64,000 nt of DNA. It comes from a bacterium (GTDB lineage: Bacteria; Auribacterota; Auribacteria; Auribacterales; Auribacteraceae). A model generated the notes under the pieces. It was given only the letters and a program-made list of their open reading frames with translations. It was not told the origin of the DNA and made no database searches. The stretch covers positions 153,391-217,390 of the forward strand of contig JACKPL010000004.1 in the NCBI GenBank assembly GCA_024233545.1, given 5' to 3'. Below are positions 62,101-64,000 of this stretch, piece by piece (the stretch's first letter is position 1; every line of letters starts with the position of its first letter). The translations under genes and the position numbers were made by a program.

Positions 62101-63997
62101 TCGAATCAACCGGAACGTTTACTGCATCCTGTGCTGGAGAAATGTTAATGACATTTGTAAAGGGAATCTGAAGCACATAGCAGGTACTGCTCGACGCAAC
62201 AACTAAATATTCGCCAAGCGATTTAATATCACGTGCTTTACCGGGTATTTTCGCATTGGCAATCACTTCAGGAGCATTTATATCGGTTATGTTGATCACG
62301 TTCATTAACGTCTCGACCAGTTTGCCTTCCTGATCAACCGTTTCAGTAGTTGTAAACGCAAGGTTTCCTAATACTTCAACACCGAATGTACCGCCTGAAC
62401 GATGATCGCGCCGCTCAGGGCTCAAATCCAGCCTGCTGATAACAATAGGATCAGCGGGATTTGAAATGTCGATAATAGTCAATCCTGCATCAGGCGTTGC
62501 AAGAGCAAATGCCGCCTCGCCTGCTACATATGCCAAATTACCAACTACTTTTACCCGGTTTGCCAATCCGAAAGTATCTATGGAACCGATTTCAAATAAG
62601 TTCGGGTTGCTTAAATCAATAACGCTTAAACCTTCGAAACCGGATGCCATAATTGCATAGAGGTCATTGTATAAATCGACACCATAACTTGTTCCCGGCG
62701 TTACACGGAATCCTACGTGCATAGGCTCGAAAGGATTGCTCACATTGACTACTTGCAATCCAGCTTGCCCGGCAGCAATAAGAGCCAAGTCGTCTGTTAC
62801 GGTTACATCGTTTGCCTGATTAAGAGGCAATTCTATCCTGCTGTTATAAATCTGGAAGAATGGATTACGAACGTCAAATATATACAAATATGCATTGAGT
62901 TGGAATCCTGAATGCGCTGTGGCGGCGAGATATGCATACCCTTCATGAGTAACATGAATTGCGTACGGTGTCGCATTGAATTCTATTTTGCTGAAAAGCA
63001 CAGGGTTTTCCGGAGCGCTGATAATGTCGTAAATGCGCAATTCCCATGTATTAGGTTTCGCATAATGCGTCACAAAAACGGTATTGTCGGTAATTTCTAC
63101 CGCTTGGCGTCCAGTCAAAGCGCTTCTTGCTGATATACCAACTTCAAAACTAATCGGAATCGTATGCCCAACATTACCAGAGGGATCAACTGCCGATGCA
63201 GTTAATACAAAATCTTCACCCGGATGACCGAACGGCACCAAATATTCATATAACCATGGCGCATGTTTTTCACCGGGTGTCGGGTTATAATCGGTGAATT
63301 TTTCATCTCCATTGACAAAAAATGTAACAGAATCAGTACCGCCTAAATCGACAGAATTTGCACGAATAACCGCTAATGTTCCCTCTGTAATAACCGAGCG
63401 ATCCGCCGGATACCATAATGCAACGTTAGGTGCGACTGTATCGCGCAATGTCCCTATGATACGAACATTCGATTTTGTTGATTGCCCTCTATTGTCAAAT
63501 GCTATCGCATGAATACTGAATAAACTGTTTGAACCGCCTAACGGCGCATCAAATTCCGTGCGGTAAATATCCCCCCCGTCAAAAACCCCGTCAGTTTCTG
63601 CAAGGCTGCTGAAATTTGTTGCTATCAACTTATTATTTACATAGAAATCAACTTTGAAGACTTCAACATCATCTCGGGCGGAAGCTTCTATGAGAATTTC
63701 CTGCCCATCAAACACGACAGCACCATCGAGAGGCCGGCGCACTTCGCATGTCGGAGGAAAGTCTTCCGTAACTTTAATGGTTACAGTCGATGATTTAGTC
63801 GTTTGTCCAGCAGTATCTTCTACTTCAACTTTCATGGTTCGTTTTTGTCCACGGTCACCGTATGGTACAAAATAAAGCCATTCAAACGGCAATACAAAAT
63901 CACTTCCTTCGATTAAAAACTCACCACCCGGCTCTTCTTGAACCATCAATGTCGCCTTGACAATATCAATATCATCATCACCGACAGCGGTAACCAA
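35090..63997 (-). CDS. Giant-gene segment 1, a 28.9-kb uninterrupted ORF of >9635 aa. It is open to the window edge, so it is 5'-truncated and the N-terminus and signal peptide are not in the window. It is a multidomain extracellular-type protein. LVIVD beta-propeller repeat arrays lie at e.g. about 43200-45000. Several IPT/TIG domains are present, e.g. about 59170-59470. There are dozens of bacterial Ig-like domains. Two discoidin/F5-8-type-C-like jelly-roll domains lie at about 36050-36560 and 40250-40700.
   Basis: ORF translation. IPT/TIG example: KPTIFDVTPDGGPVEGGAPITIYGTNFQTGASLFVGGIPATNEV...AAIRVVNPGG. LVIVD example: VEIVGNYAYIANSFTGLKVVDITNPTSANVI. Discoidin-like example: DNGWGGFP...IDLFQY. 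Confidence 0.85.
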   Translation of the reverse strand: MVTAVGDDDIDIVKATLMVQEEPGGEFLIEGSDFVLPFEWLYFVPYGDRGQKRTMKVEVEDTAGQTTKSSTVTIKVTEDFPPTCEVRRPLDGAVVFDGQEILIEASARDDVEVFKVDFYVNNKLIATNFSSLAETDGVFDGGDIYRTEFDAPLGGSNSLFSIHAIAFDNRGQSTKSNVRIIGTLRDTVAPNVALWYPADRSVITEGTLAVIRANSVDLGGTDSVTFFVNGDEKFTDYNPTPGEKHAPWLYEYLVPFGHPGEDFVLTASAVDPSGNVGHTIPISFEVGISARSALTGRQAVEITDNTVFVTHYAKPNTWELRIYDIISAPENPVLFSKIEFNATPYAIHVTHEGYAYLAATAHSGFQLNAYLYIFDVRNPFFQIYNSRIELPLNQANDVTVTDDLALIAAGQAGLQVVNVSNPFEPMHVGFRVTPGTSYGVDLYNDLYAIMASGFEGLSVIDLSNPNLFEIGSIDTFGLANRVKVVGNLAYVAGEAAFALATPDAGLTIIDISNPADPIVISRLDLSPERRDHRSGGTFGVEVLGNLAFTTTETVDQEGKLVETLMNVINITDINAPEVIANAKIPGKARDIKSLGEYLVVASSSTCYVLQIPFTNVINISPAQDAVNVPVDSTIRITFNDQINPDSVVNPNTGESLGHIVLRNITNANELNPEGIKIPVEFAFEGPHIDVKPLQDLSINTRYEITVSTDLVDLSGLDYLIAQFKSRFQTVRANGAVQPHIIRVLPAFGPIEGGQQITVEGENFVNGLSITVGGFPATQVEVANDGESITCVTPTNNFGPAAIIVTNPGGLYDVLMGGYLYLVPVEVSFVVPAVGSLNGGGIIEVIGFGFAPGAIVKIDGRECTEIVVESTRRIRCRYPQGEFGPADVLVINQDGTQSLLPEGFLYTRLVVSQFLENYDSDLIEFMDDPPGYIIPSSIDFDPTEISPGISKGIDIYGDHAYVAVTSRIIRPGQTYLDTQLRSVAGSLSIINVVDPKNAFPAGGIDTPVWLKPTDVAVTEAYDRDSQEMKKYAYLIADSTPVNNLDTGTPEMVVVDVTIPSAPFIPLNPAAPSGTSTGRIPFDGAAIGVDAVNSLALIAAGASGMHFVDTSDKLNPSVVGTLKQLVVNGSSTNLNCRSVLIHGTKAYLTGTVNKETRVFVIDLESPAFPVIGNTTLMGNGNCPVFIDRDIAWNAGGFEIDIEAIDIRNPFQPRVISELDPNLFGRKASLNYSTNISGVGTVDDENAVDQFLSQLLGYSTDYFANGVAVVGNLAVVTAAKFDPDNPPGTPPGWPALLDSYLEVIDISNPEEPKLIDAMDLLPGLFPRDIEMGDNYAIFSVEEKKHPDKNIVVDVPEGVMIVGLPITNLVEISPKPGATAVPVSTKVTARLSEPIIWNLDTGTSLNGKFFISKLTGSAISNEIVPGSISIEDNDGNGIEITYVNEFDYPELLHTHPEILNNDSLVIAYEFSYTPTAPLEPGTTYIVKLTEDIRSGFTDFPLVGPYEMHFTTATGVTAIKPTIFDVTPDGGPVEGGAPITIYGTNFQTGASLFVGGIPATNEVISNEGTVLTAITPQNFQGPAAIRVVNPGGAFDVRFGLYAYVDSLKVFSCDPDSGPTMGGTKVTIFGKGFIPSPRVQVFFGSSPATSVRVISYEKIIATTPDGLIGFVDVKVVNPDNTFDILEDGFRYIKNLNASFALSGFPIDFKIEQIWAFVATTGGLDVVNLDITEIDPDKRFNLKRVISNKKFQGSLRGLQLIPERDLVIVSYQSSPQERAETYFHTDPSRMGKVEILNYEIPSMPFTISTQTEVGNAVGEIALRGNLIFAAAGDDGMIVIDIASLQNPFIVDWVETDETAFGIAIEGDVGVILTGEQDWSTQHVTPGSGKVYFFNVGRPDFPITATLDMTASKANIYEGKLYLARESQGVTVVDFSDITNPQVIGTWHAPQPAYDVAVRGDFAPTAYGSYSIGLIDMANLDVDGTVNLFGYTQDPGKGTTNRVEQVLGQIYATARTTKTGYLYLANNPVFSVSSYWPEYNELVPIEWEEVRVNFSQELNVNTVSTDTFKLTNLGTGEQLMPTPGDLLAVGNTIAFRIPHGVDLAPSATYEVRVTTGLKDEFGQSLINDWTLLFKTASIPNAKFPAVVEVLPHIGPLEGGTPIVVTGDNFVNGMVLYVGDFPALNLDIEDKRLARAITPAALDPGPATVRVVVPGGMEASLRGGFLYAIPPTLDIVIPYWGNPQGGTAIRVYGTGFVPGTTVSPGSIIAIAGVDVFNQHLISVKKITANAPPGPFGPQDVMITNPGFGGPGFDRFIADDMFGFGLPFQGLVKAAATGTNRLIQDPLNAGKLLIGTGGSTMDGNKFFPKLTKEVAGSFRVILYDVSDPKEPLVGGGALTGPTIQEYKRMMGLLQTYYGGAAADGSGVTTMRIFHEDINFSTPFGSFSKKFTTEPLLAYNLLEGNRDARDVKLLEETPIAKGVTTDYNTTFTLPNTYMSIFVNLITDGGDVVVSGKKYDNDGVTIINYQEIITLHDGPRVYYRTQASWVEVNSINVSSGDITGIQYDIYREAQRLVLIANGLSGLVLMDAQDVNSNNVIGREYRFGEHMYDPRIDGDGGVSAMSIEAENNLAFLGLGTPGGGIAPHTPVLVPVFMSWYSDGVGGGFPECHPLGYGGPLALVDFSTKTDPVMLREYSIDRSGAYGELGGLGLDYESPVTLRLRGDKLFLTTGTIAQASGRTRLIVVDPETQEVLADEAHLDAFMGTAAAEFQKDFPGSKDCPPWDYKGSFKVLDVSAPIPVEIATIEFDDHGTGLELYGDYAFVGEFNDGIYIIDISDPYNPQIVNQIVLTTWDITTPGSCRNFEVRGNFLFAAMQGGGVQVFDITDPLDHKVISAGNVEFAQDVTIVEDAVVLASANKGVNILLTPFTNIRETYPASFQTVPNNIDRISIRFNRNVNPAFITADKVKVWHEDNDGTKHYVTGEVTVEQDVLFPTGPEYAILTLDNDLLPNTLYYMWVSSDITDQEGGKMYRPFTSSFHTATVGLTQPRIIDINTRVDEPTKAPSNIVFTTGGDVMAIYGEGFLPDSEVYIAGVKLNQSSVTYIAEDELRVTVPAYPNAGSAAIKVVNTETVGSDQVSLENTLMGVLIYLDPISDEVLSLEPTGGRLEGGILMTIRASNFSIAPGAKVEFVSEEVFFEGVLEALDLDVNSLQQITFHNPHPDFPGLVEIWVENPNGDRALAGIFSYDLPPEDIIDLPNFPPRYANEMKITGSLTKSFFDEKLYVTVPFTDTSNRRLTGRDLPPHVEVFDISIPIRPIQESIIEVPGTPLGLDVIDNLIFVACDDAGLVVIDAYKLSKAFVVDQVPTFGRATGVDIQGDRAYVSVYNDLFPQGSAVQIIDINTPELNTLGKITIPGNLRDLKVVGDTIYILEVSGSGVNNQVLFKMFDFNGNLLAQPLSLGAETGSSETERTNRLTWKRLKVLGGLAFTLMRESITVVDIFPKDKDNPGNILPPKIKFYAEVAGARSGLEIKGSNAYAAASHIHIVNIPIVNVVGTEPHVGETVDVVQPIRVHFSRPINPATVISTTLDDTPNPDNDTVKLFKKVNDVWELQNISFKADSAGQIVLFTDRASYIEILPQSGDLDPASEYKVLVTNGLRDIRGGDYYLTSNYEFNFFTGASADDRIPTIKDSLPRYLLADGGIALEITGENFVPNSEIIIGGRVATNVNVSSDGRKITCLSPPLGNRNYGPAALKIITPDGLVKSLYAGFVFIPRVTIKSISPNTSKAEGGIFATIKGDGFIPGTEVIFGENVPAEDIKVVDITTIRIIVPSGEFGPTDVTVKFLGFSDVLEDGFTYSILTYPPQVNLGPVKIVEGEGNLAIAGIDREPGKFSLMDVSQPLEPREIGRIDLNFGGTGLMEDFQIFNNLAFIATHNPGVYIVDISLPANPVIKNRISTTDQSLSAAPDKNWVIVAKNTNKLEVWDYVTFENPLRIKTIAVDGTPYRVRMGGDVALVAVNKNGVHEIFIYDLTTASFEVLSRITLAGEAHNIRVYGNLAYVACGNSVQVIDFSARDLPITLSFIVPQNIGNNVSEVTDVDIVGTTAFLAAGEGEFQVFDISDLEHPEIINFATVDGKAISVSLDVDTGYIGTEVNGDGTVVILPIRTAGVLRVEPGYRELAPVTTQIKAYFTTLMNPETISTEYYYIFDVATNVKVPASLVNTTVRTGTVLILTPNQPLQPDTTYRIVVTRDIKNLQNEGLASEFRSVFKTASVASTLQPTISKVEPVYGLEEGGDPIIVTGTNFVNGAKLYLGGVEAVNTQILEGGTRISAITPPHIPGPVAATVINPGGLKHTVLAAFQYLPAPILTSVSPVTGTYTGNLDVSLTGSQGFYPGSIVKFGGVPALDVKVHSFTSLTATTPPDRLGTIDVSVTTPGGILGTGITSTLSSSYSFVLPQAGKLSGSYNTVKVKGFNAYVGTGSTLKIINVLAHNDPDFVPNASISLGGTISQIEILNDNFVGVVAGNTLKIVDVSDINILKLKATLPLPASTSVLQFSQEENVLQVLTNNLGLLTIEMTVTSQQTGPGEISRTVTLVTTGQFTPTSGAFQKFDFSQNRLYVINKIGSTYYLEVRNRKTYDYALLGSTAITGTARYMIREGNLVYIATTAGVQIFDISNPAFIVKINTVWSTTDILLMDIKPGLMYFHSGSRLSLFDISNPLSIRRITFFDAASTIQAYDVENGVINVATGNGFQTVFLPFNSIYSIKPFGGEIVSTTPSIQVELPPHIDPLLVTTTSVSVYKNNVLVPTTKSIVESTIILDFNNPVLPVNTEYEIRIDLADTSIVGDELGSLVKSTFKTGAIVNRIPPLTIADVQPRSGSNIGGNTVTITGTGFVVEDENDTVISQVTDVYLGTQSATISSITHNTIEIITPVPFIVGSVPLRLVASDGAEAIEYDAFFYVKPLAVTSISPTVIPNEGGQTVTIQGAGFTVDILLYIDNVKTDVKDFISTEQITFSSPAGPIGLLDLRIERPFATTILLNNALERNDIKRPTVLTDVSTPRSEQTNQSVNLAFTIKFSEDVQHLTLLQEGSIVIRKDVAGSTPHPWSETDYSGNQFQFALSEPLDDSSWYRIYLNDTIKDLNGNALVPINYRFQTRDLTAPVVYIRNKNTGQQYISNESFYSGALLQPVHVATDQFSSISSRVMNYSLNGATTGLSTSSSGASFQIPNVNSESILTLYASATDSANNVSAPYTVQLRVLPAPVPVIALTNIPSEISEGVRLGVEADIVSFYPIKVVEYYLNGVKVQTTDLTPNTSSTPVQEPVYETTIVYNFLAPFVDAAIPMEIRADIVDTINRRVSDVKAFNVTPDQVPPDVAIISPLNGSEVLEGIVLPISVKAFDNKDIHQVSLEINDIAQPALLSPPYLFNYNVETVEDDGALIRLRAWADDFAGNVSVASYVTFQIKNDLIAPKVFFVSPLPGETFFENRLIQIEADAQDDGYVAAVELLDNDGDILQTLTQKPYIFDFTTPSVVAGIVPLALKVRARDSGGNQSQIEDIVINISADTDALGELELVTFPKGNSILSETDLMVEVINGDTADDLDAVVSNITILLDGVVQSTVSILGEHLITVPSIAVPNISLTIRANLQDISGNSRVIEKVFTVIPATVDISQLHSLNGELPHVSVLGNTAFVSGGSQNTFALDVADPDNSSVLWSMNFGGNTRMSVVYGDVLVLADEFAGLQVVDVSDQSNPALLISMNELLAAKDIIFLGQGNPANTFRVAVADGALGIKLFNIDGADSSLIHHYYTPGDAGVIGLELLGNKLIAARDDATLTMHDITNLSEGEPSISTYTLGENPSFTALFGTTLYVGTQSGDICKFDVSGNDFILTAKITDPDLQISDMAVSGNLAFAADSQAGLLVIDLLTDTVLGLLHGVGTVSGVTVEGNRIYYTDAGTDSLNVLTLRYLGLTVPILTLNVPASSISESGITEVSVTTDSAIAATLGIKVDGRFFTSLDSFGLTAMIPVPSSLVSGNQVSIVGTITDIGGNTLDTTPTVVPVDNDSSVPVVQLFAPSDAIEGSKLMLIADVTDDVAVQSVEFIVDSVSHEVVSNYPYSTTVVVPPAGNGSFVVSAIATDVNGNTSNPVNATITILTDSSPVLPVVHIITPTNGKGVMEGENVLIQVEATDDDGQIVGVHIGIRTELFEKEIVFDTVPPYEVVTTMPLVDEFTPAEIWAIAVDNGGNENAEVKTLINIVRDTIAPTVSVTRNPSGKVILAGTTLSYGLNISDNRNIRSTEIHIDIDGATVKRWMFADASKEIKYTLPFDVRGSVLELYSRTIDHSGNITSKYYRYNVEVAFSLNAPLAILSITDGLRDMFINNDIAYFALGTAGVKVYDLDNDVLLSSLNIPAYSIAWTNDVLYIGSEGAVISYQLNANFAFTKLDELPVSGKITQMKIYANDLIIARTGGNALVVDINNAQELKIRGSLASSSGATGVAAENNIYYVAVGKIKRYNRSTLAAMSDLSVGPARDVLAVGDRLYIANGTSGFKVTNLEGTSIGSTSFGCETMRLRKIDNYIFMSCTENALAVVDIVDEAKPAFIGSLPNSGIGFGIDGTRLGIITAIGADTLVKYPMEGETSATIIAEVNTVGEARDVAISKNKAYVVGTAMGLNVYDISVANEPQLIKNVDITGQLVEVEIVGNYAYIANSFTGLKVVDITNPTSANVIKTISSFGAVNSVQYDEGFLYTTGGGITKWSTGSNPAFQASFNTPGDSLNVDIVGTTAFVADGFLGMQIIDFTDPENTSILASVPPPAGKSTWDVLVVEEHNVAYAAINGVGVQVIDISDLQNPVVVTTLPTSDAISFARDGNNLIISSGIHGVTVYKITTPLNPQFITTVNTPDYSSGVDTLRNVMYIADGYSGLNVATLPLSEAGPVINVAAKTSLNIGYRGEYAVRASVDDPFGVARVEFFIDNESVFSDKYEPFELRAVSPINFGIGKEFAVTAKVIGLEGNESSSGAIRFKVRPDNGDMPQLTLVQPTANSISEGALLPIVIEASDTEDTPYVQFFVGNHLVETIFNSPYATNLYIPLVTEDTPYVLTVKAFDYAGNVTEIVKTLTILNDTQVPVVSVVSPLENAEVTEGKPIPIIASPTDNLGVQKVDFILDGTVVAEVFSSPYQYLYRTPFVTGEQTITFTVRAYDFAGNVSTDAVRHFKVVDDEPPLITITSPANNVSVVENTSKLIQATVADEDSTLLVKFFVNNLLVAEDASSPYQFTYIAPVEVTGSQNVTIKAQVTDSRDQTSSHQITVIVVDDAIPAITQIVEPVEDQEFVKGRSFNIVATATDDVSVASVRFFVEGILIATVSPSSDGKFKTSYQTVASTVLNELHINAVAVDIKGQTSNPAASAANRRVLLFENRPPNVNIFSPVVGTQITEGKQLLVKAIVTDDISVEKVLFYMDNDSNGVWVTSPTGNSYTYQANVPVVAWRGVNPDEHLLYARGYDFDGNSKVSNPVAIVVTQDQVPSVHIVEPENGGTIVEDNEINVTINAADDLGVTLLELYVDGNIRGFEPPVPGAVFNPLNHTFSITVPPLQNLVTSQDMVLTAVATDTKGQQTIEEITLQVVEDQPPVVSILEPVSGDEFIGGSIISVKMSVTDDVGIEKVELLADNAVIGTASLIGGEWVAQGMLPAKPFGSTVNLKGVAYDRYTSTTSAEVTIAIGLSLKELNTVALDSASGKGIAPAGNIVFVADGSKIKAVDITNDAVHFENNRMTVDYDPGQSLYRLNFDAVDNVLMIRLRINNTFSDFILSEIEAFNTSGTKINFLFSVANSNKQGFVISESIDGNKGINSTDNGWGGFPQSVGTYTVTNLTSVNRIDLFQYASVQNSRIKDISIEVSTDGATFIPVTNLVGQVLEVESTTPKFIPGLVGSCTVAGTIKDMVYEHGYLLVVLAQQLVIIDARNPQTGWSGNSHIISSLALPTIHSILPAGNFVYVATSEGLKVVNIKSLTQPFVEFENDSISPVAVEFGSLYVGEPHAINVYDITNPINPISLYTKNMNEIGVSSLSHLKLIGDEMQVLFDDNYLLLRDVDLSLNNFLNLAGSGIDMVVGGYHSLVTLSSGEIEVLATESLESLGLMKLNNPVVDSYLLGNMIFIKAGNRFYLYNADFGDSTILSGLQITVPASGSNASEGTDIEVIAQGLNDPDAMVEFYVNGQLAHIDDWSEPAIMHLPIPVDTAGTVFEIFARARNVAGNSVDSDPITILSVPDMEPPTFTIVNPVHGLTYTEGLKYNINVTNILDNVAVQQIEILIDNDTFALFGAPPFNDISLVYEVPVIGGTPSSIIEFDVIATDINGNVSPSQLITITRQEDTTPPTIVLATPASSFSIKQGAVLNISGSVTGDRLLDSITVSFNTVQITGVTLVQDPTNEFRFTFNKNYTVPNATPNGPAVVNVKIVDAAGNIALASVSGEVVLDAKPVITAFSSGTLVIEGGKILMQATATDDVGIQSVVFTVDGTVVKTDTSSPYDYNYTVPFGIAPATIHVSAYAIDSIGQTGNPWAPSVAVTVTDDLPPVVTITAPANDAQSVIEGNSFTIAISATDPDSTGGINRTEIWINGSQKAAWGYTASSTFSASSSWSYSPGWLPTVATRVDIIEARVRDGYNVWHIQPITRQLLVKRDEPPVIVGDEFRLPASVKEFNSFNIDFVVSSPKNDDRWFNYCDFYMNVWNGSEWDNDIYLGRDSSTSSGYSASYFRYTATAPEIQSPAVKYFTVYVKLRDNYGGSVDVAAHTVQSSAMRIDIDDDDPPVVSMTQPASNSNAFEGSSIEVRAVATDDRGMSRVDFYADNEYKGVDTSASSGNLYIATIAMPIYAPNFSGTYTGTTSWPLLAVPSIQVIQYNSLADLRMTLSSGGNNTVINARVKYNTNNSLSLVEPITFILNNALHQISAMSLQLNSSLDQISGTVTDNGVNYSINGFGLSGGSHPTLSRKALLHAVAVDNSSQSMPSDPITVNLLADAPPSINFTNLPDDNKFSAGAFGTFSVSASDDVRMARVEFLVVNDPFDSNSDGNLEEHIVSVKTPSSSQYKLFDTSGSFRIPSDRIGELIGVKARVIDTHPPVPHVRETITYIIEIVVGIQVVNQVSTSTLELLDANRDYITFGSGSAVRVANYAQKDVEINGGLITVPVDPGAGYIEIAFDTIPNAGMVKLRVINTFASNNNFVLGEIEFLSEFSETPVGIAYSRATFEQSGYPLSETYDGVIASSGNGWARSPNFVDQTAWWYFSQPIDLSRIRIHQPYGSGHQLKNFELLVSTDSLTQVVVLSGDKDGFGFIPPLAEGGVLPDFDIDGAVSYPNDFFTNAEATDPTYTDGWLFSGAFTAVQGFSLAGITPLYAQIKVLAGDVENSERDQNTIKVENTNLSDKLKSFQSISLPDGSITLSTLNVPASLMPSFEDGVININFTNPGNIVIDYIETIITGANHNNFVPAPNMEVEYYDQNGFVYLPVSIVKTLSTSNTYYDSSIANGKIYVASYDGGLETFKFITDDYAKLSTLGNIDALGDDTLSMAVVGRYAYIADYDDGLYTIDLIRPTMPQIISHLSRNGSYTYTRVLYSEDKLYIATSGDGVKIYSIANGPVPVFVTTALSGKNIRDIEINGNYLYAAANEEGVYI

Positions 63998-64000
63998 AAT

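Larger units (their letters stand above)
13656..63997 (-). other. Composite locus. It is more than 50.3 kb of contiguous same-strand coding sequence, segments 1-5 above. It most likely represents one giant gene of at least ~16,800 codons, continuing beyond the window, that is interrupted by four frame changes and followed by a strong terminator.
   Basis: The junction analysis in the findings. There are no intergenic spacers longer than 11 nt, no internal promoters, RBSs or signal peptides, and domain repeats continue across the junctions. Confidence 0.6.

Noticed and set aside
17507-63875. Numerous plus-strand ORFs of 60-173 aa (for example 19068-19550, 23483-24004, 43523-43987, 57183-57656, 60606-61067)
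   Set aside because: All lie antisense to continuous, domain-rich minus-strand coding sequence. They are low-complexity or Ser/Thr/Ile-rich translations of the opposite strand. None has an RBS or promoter context.

Overview
The window is low-GC (about 40%) bacterial DNA. Every credible gene lies on the minus strand, and the plus-strand ORFs in the track appear to be antisense artefacts. I found no CRISPR array, transposase, integrase or rRNA. Contents fall into three parts.

1. Repeat-rich surface protein (1-3660). An RHS/YD-repeat plus thrombospondin-type-3 (calcium-binding DxDxDG) secreted protein of 980 aa. Its 3' end lies in at least three near-identical tandem DNA repeats of about 330-345 bp. 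Two further copies lie beyond the stop and are frame-decayed. A very AT-rich 430-bp region sits upstream of the gene.

2. Housekeeping block (4092-13369), tightly packed. Gene order along the minus strand is trpC-trpF-trpB-trpA, then a mannose-1-phosphate guanylyltransferase, ruvX, an M16 zinc peptidase and rpe. There are no trpEGD genes here. A separate SulP/STAS anion permease plus DUF486 membrane protein pair follows. tRNA-His(GUG) with an encoded G-1 lies just upstream of that pair (13445-13520), flanked by two hairpin terminators.

3. Giant coding locus (13656-63997). This is the main finding. It is more than 50.3 kb of uninterrupted same-strand coding sequence, and it runs off the window edge at its 5' end. 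It is currently split into ORFs of >9635, 1710, 162 (bridging), 4060 and 1244 aa. The junctions are single-nucleotide-scale frame changes, not intergenic spacers:
- One is pinpointed at about 29645.
- Two others fall within 4-nt and 16-nt windows.
- The fourth falls at about 30030-30090.
- Segments 2-5 lack a signal peptide.
The most economical reading is one giant gene of at least 16,800 codons encoding an extracellular multidomain protein. The frameshifts could be sequencing errors, recent pseudogenisation or programmed recoding. Recognisable domains are LVIVD and YVTN beta-propeller repeats, IPT/TIG and bacterial Ig-like domains, two discoidin-like jelly-rolls, a MAM/CBM-like module, a CBM4_9-like module and a Gly-Tyr linker. 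A bidirectional terminator follows the gene end.
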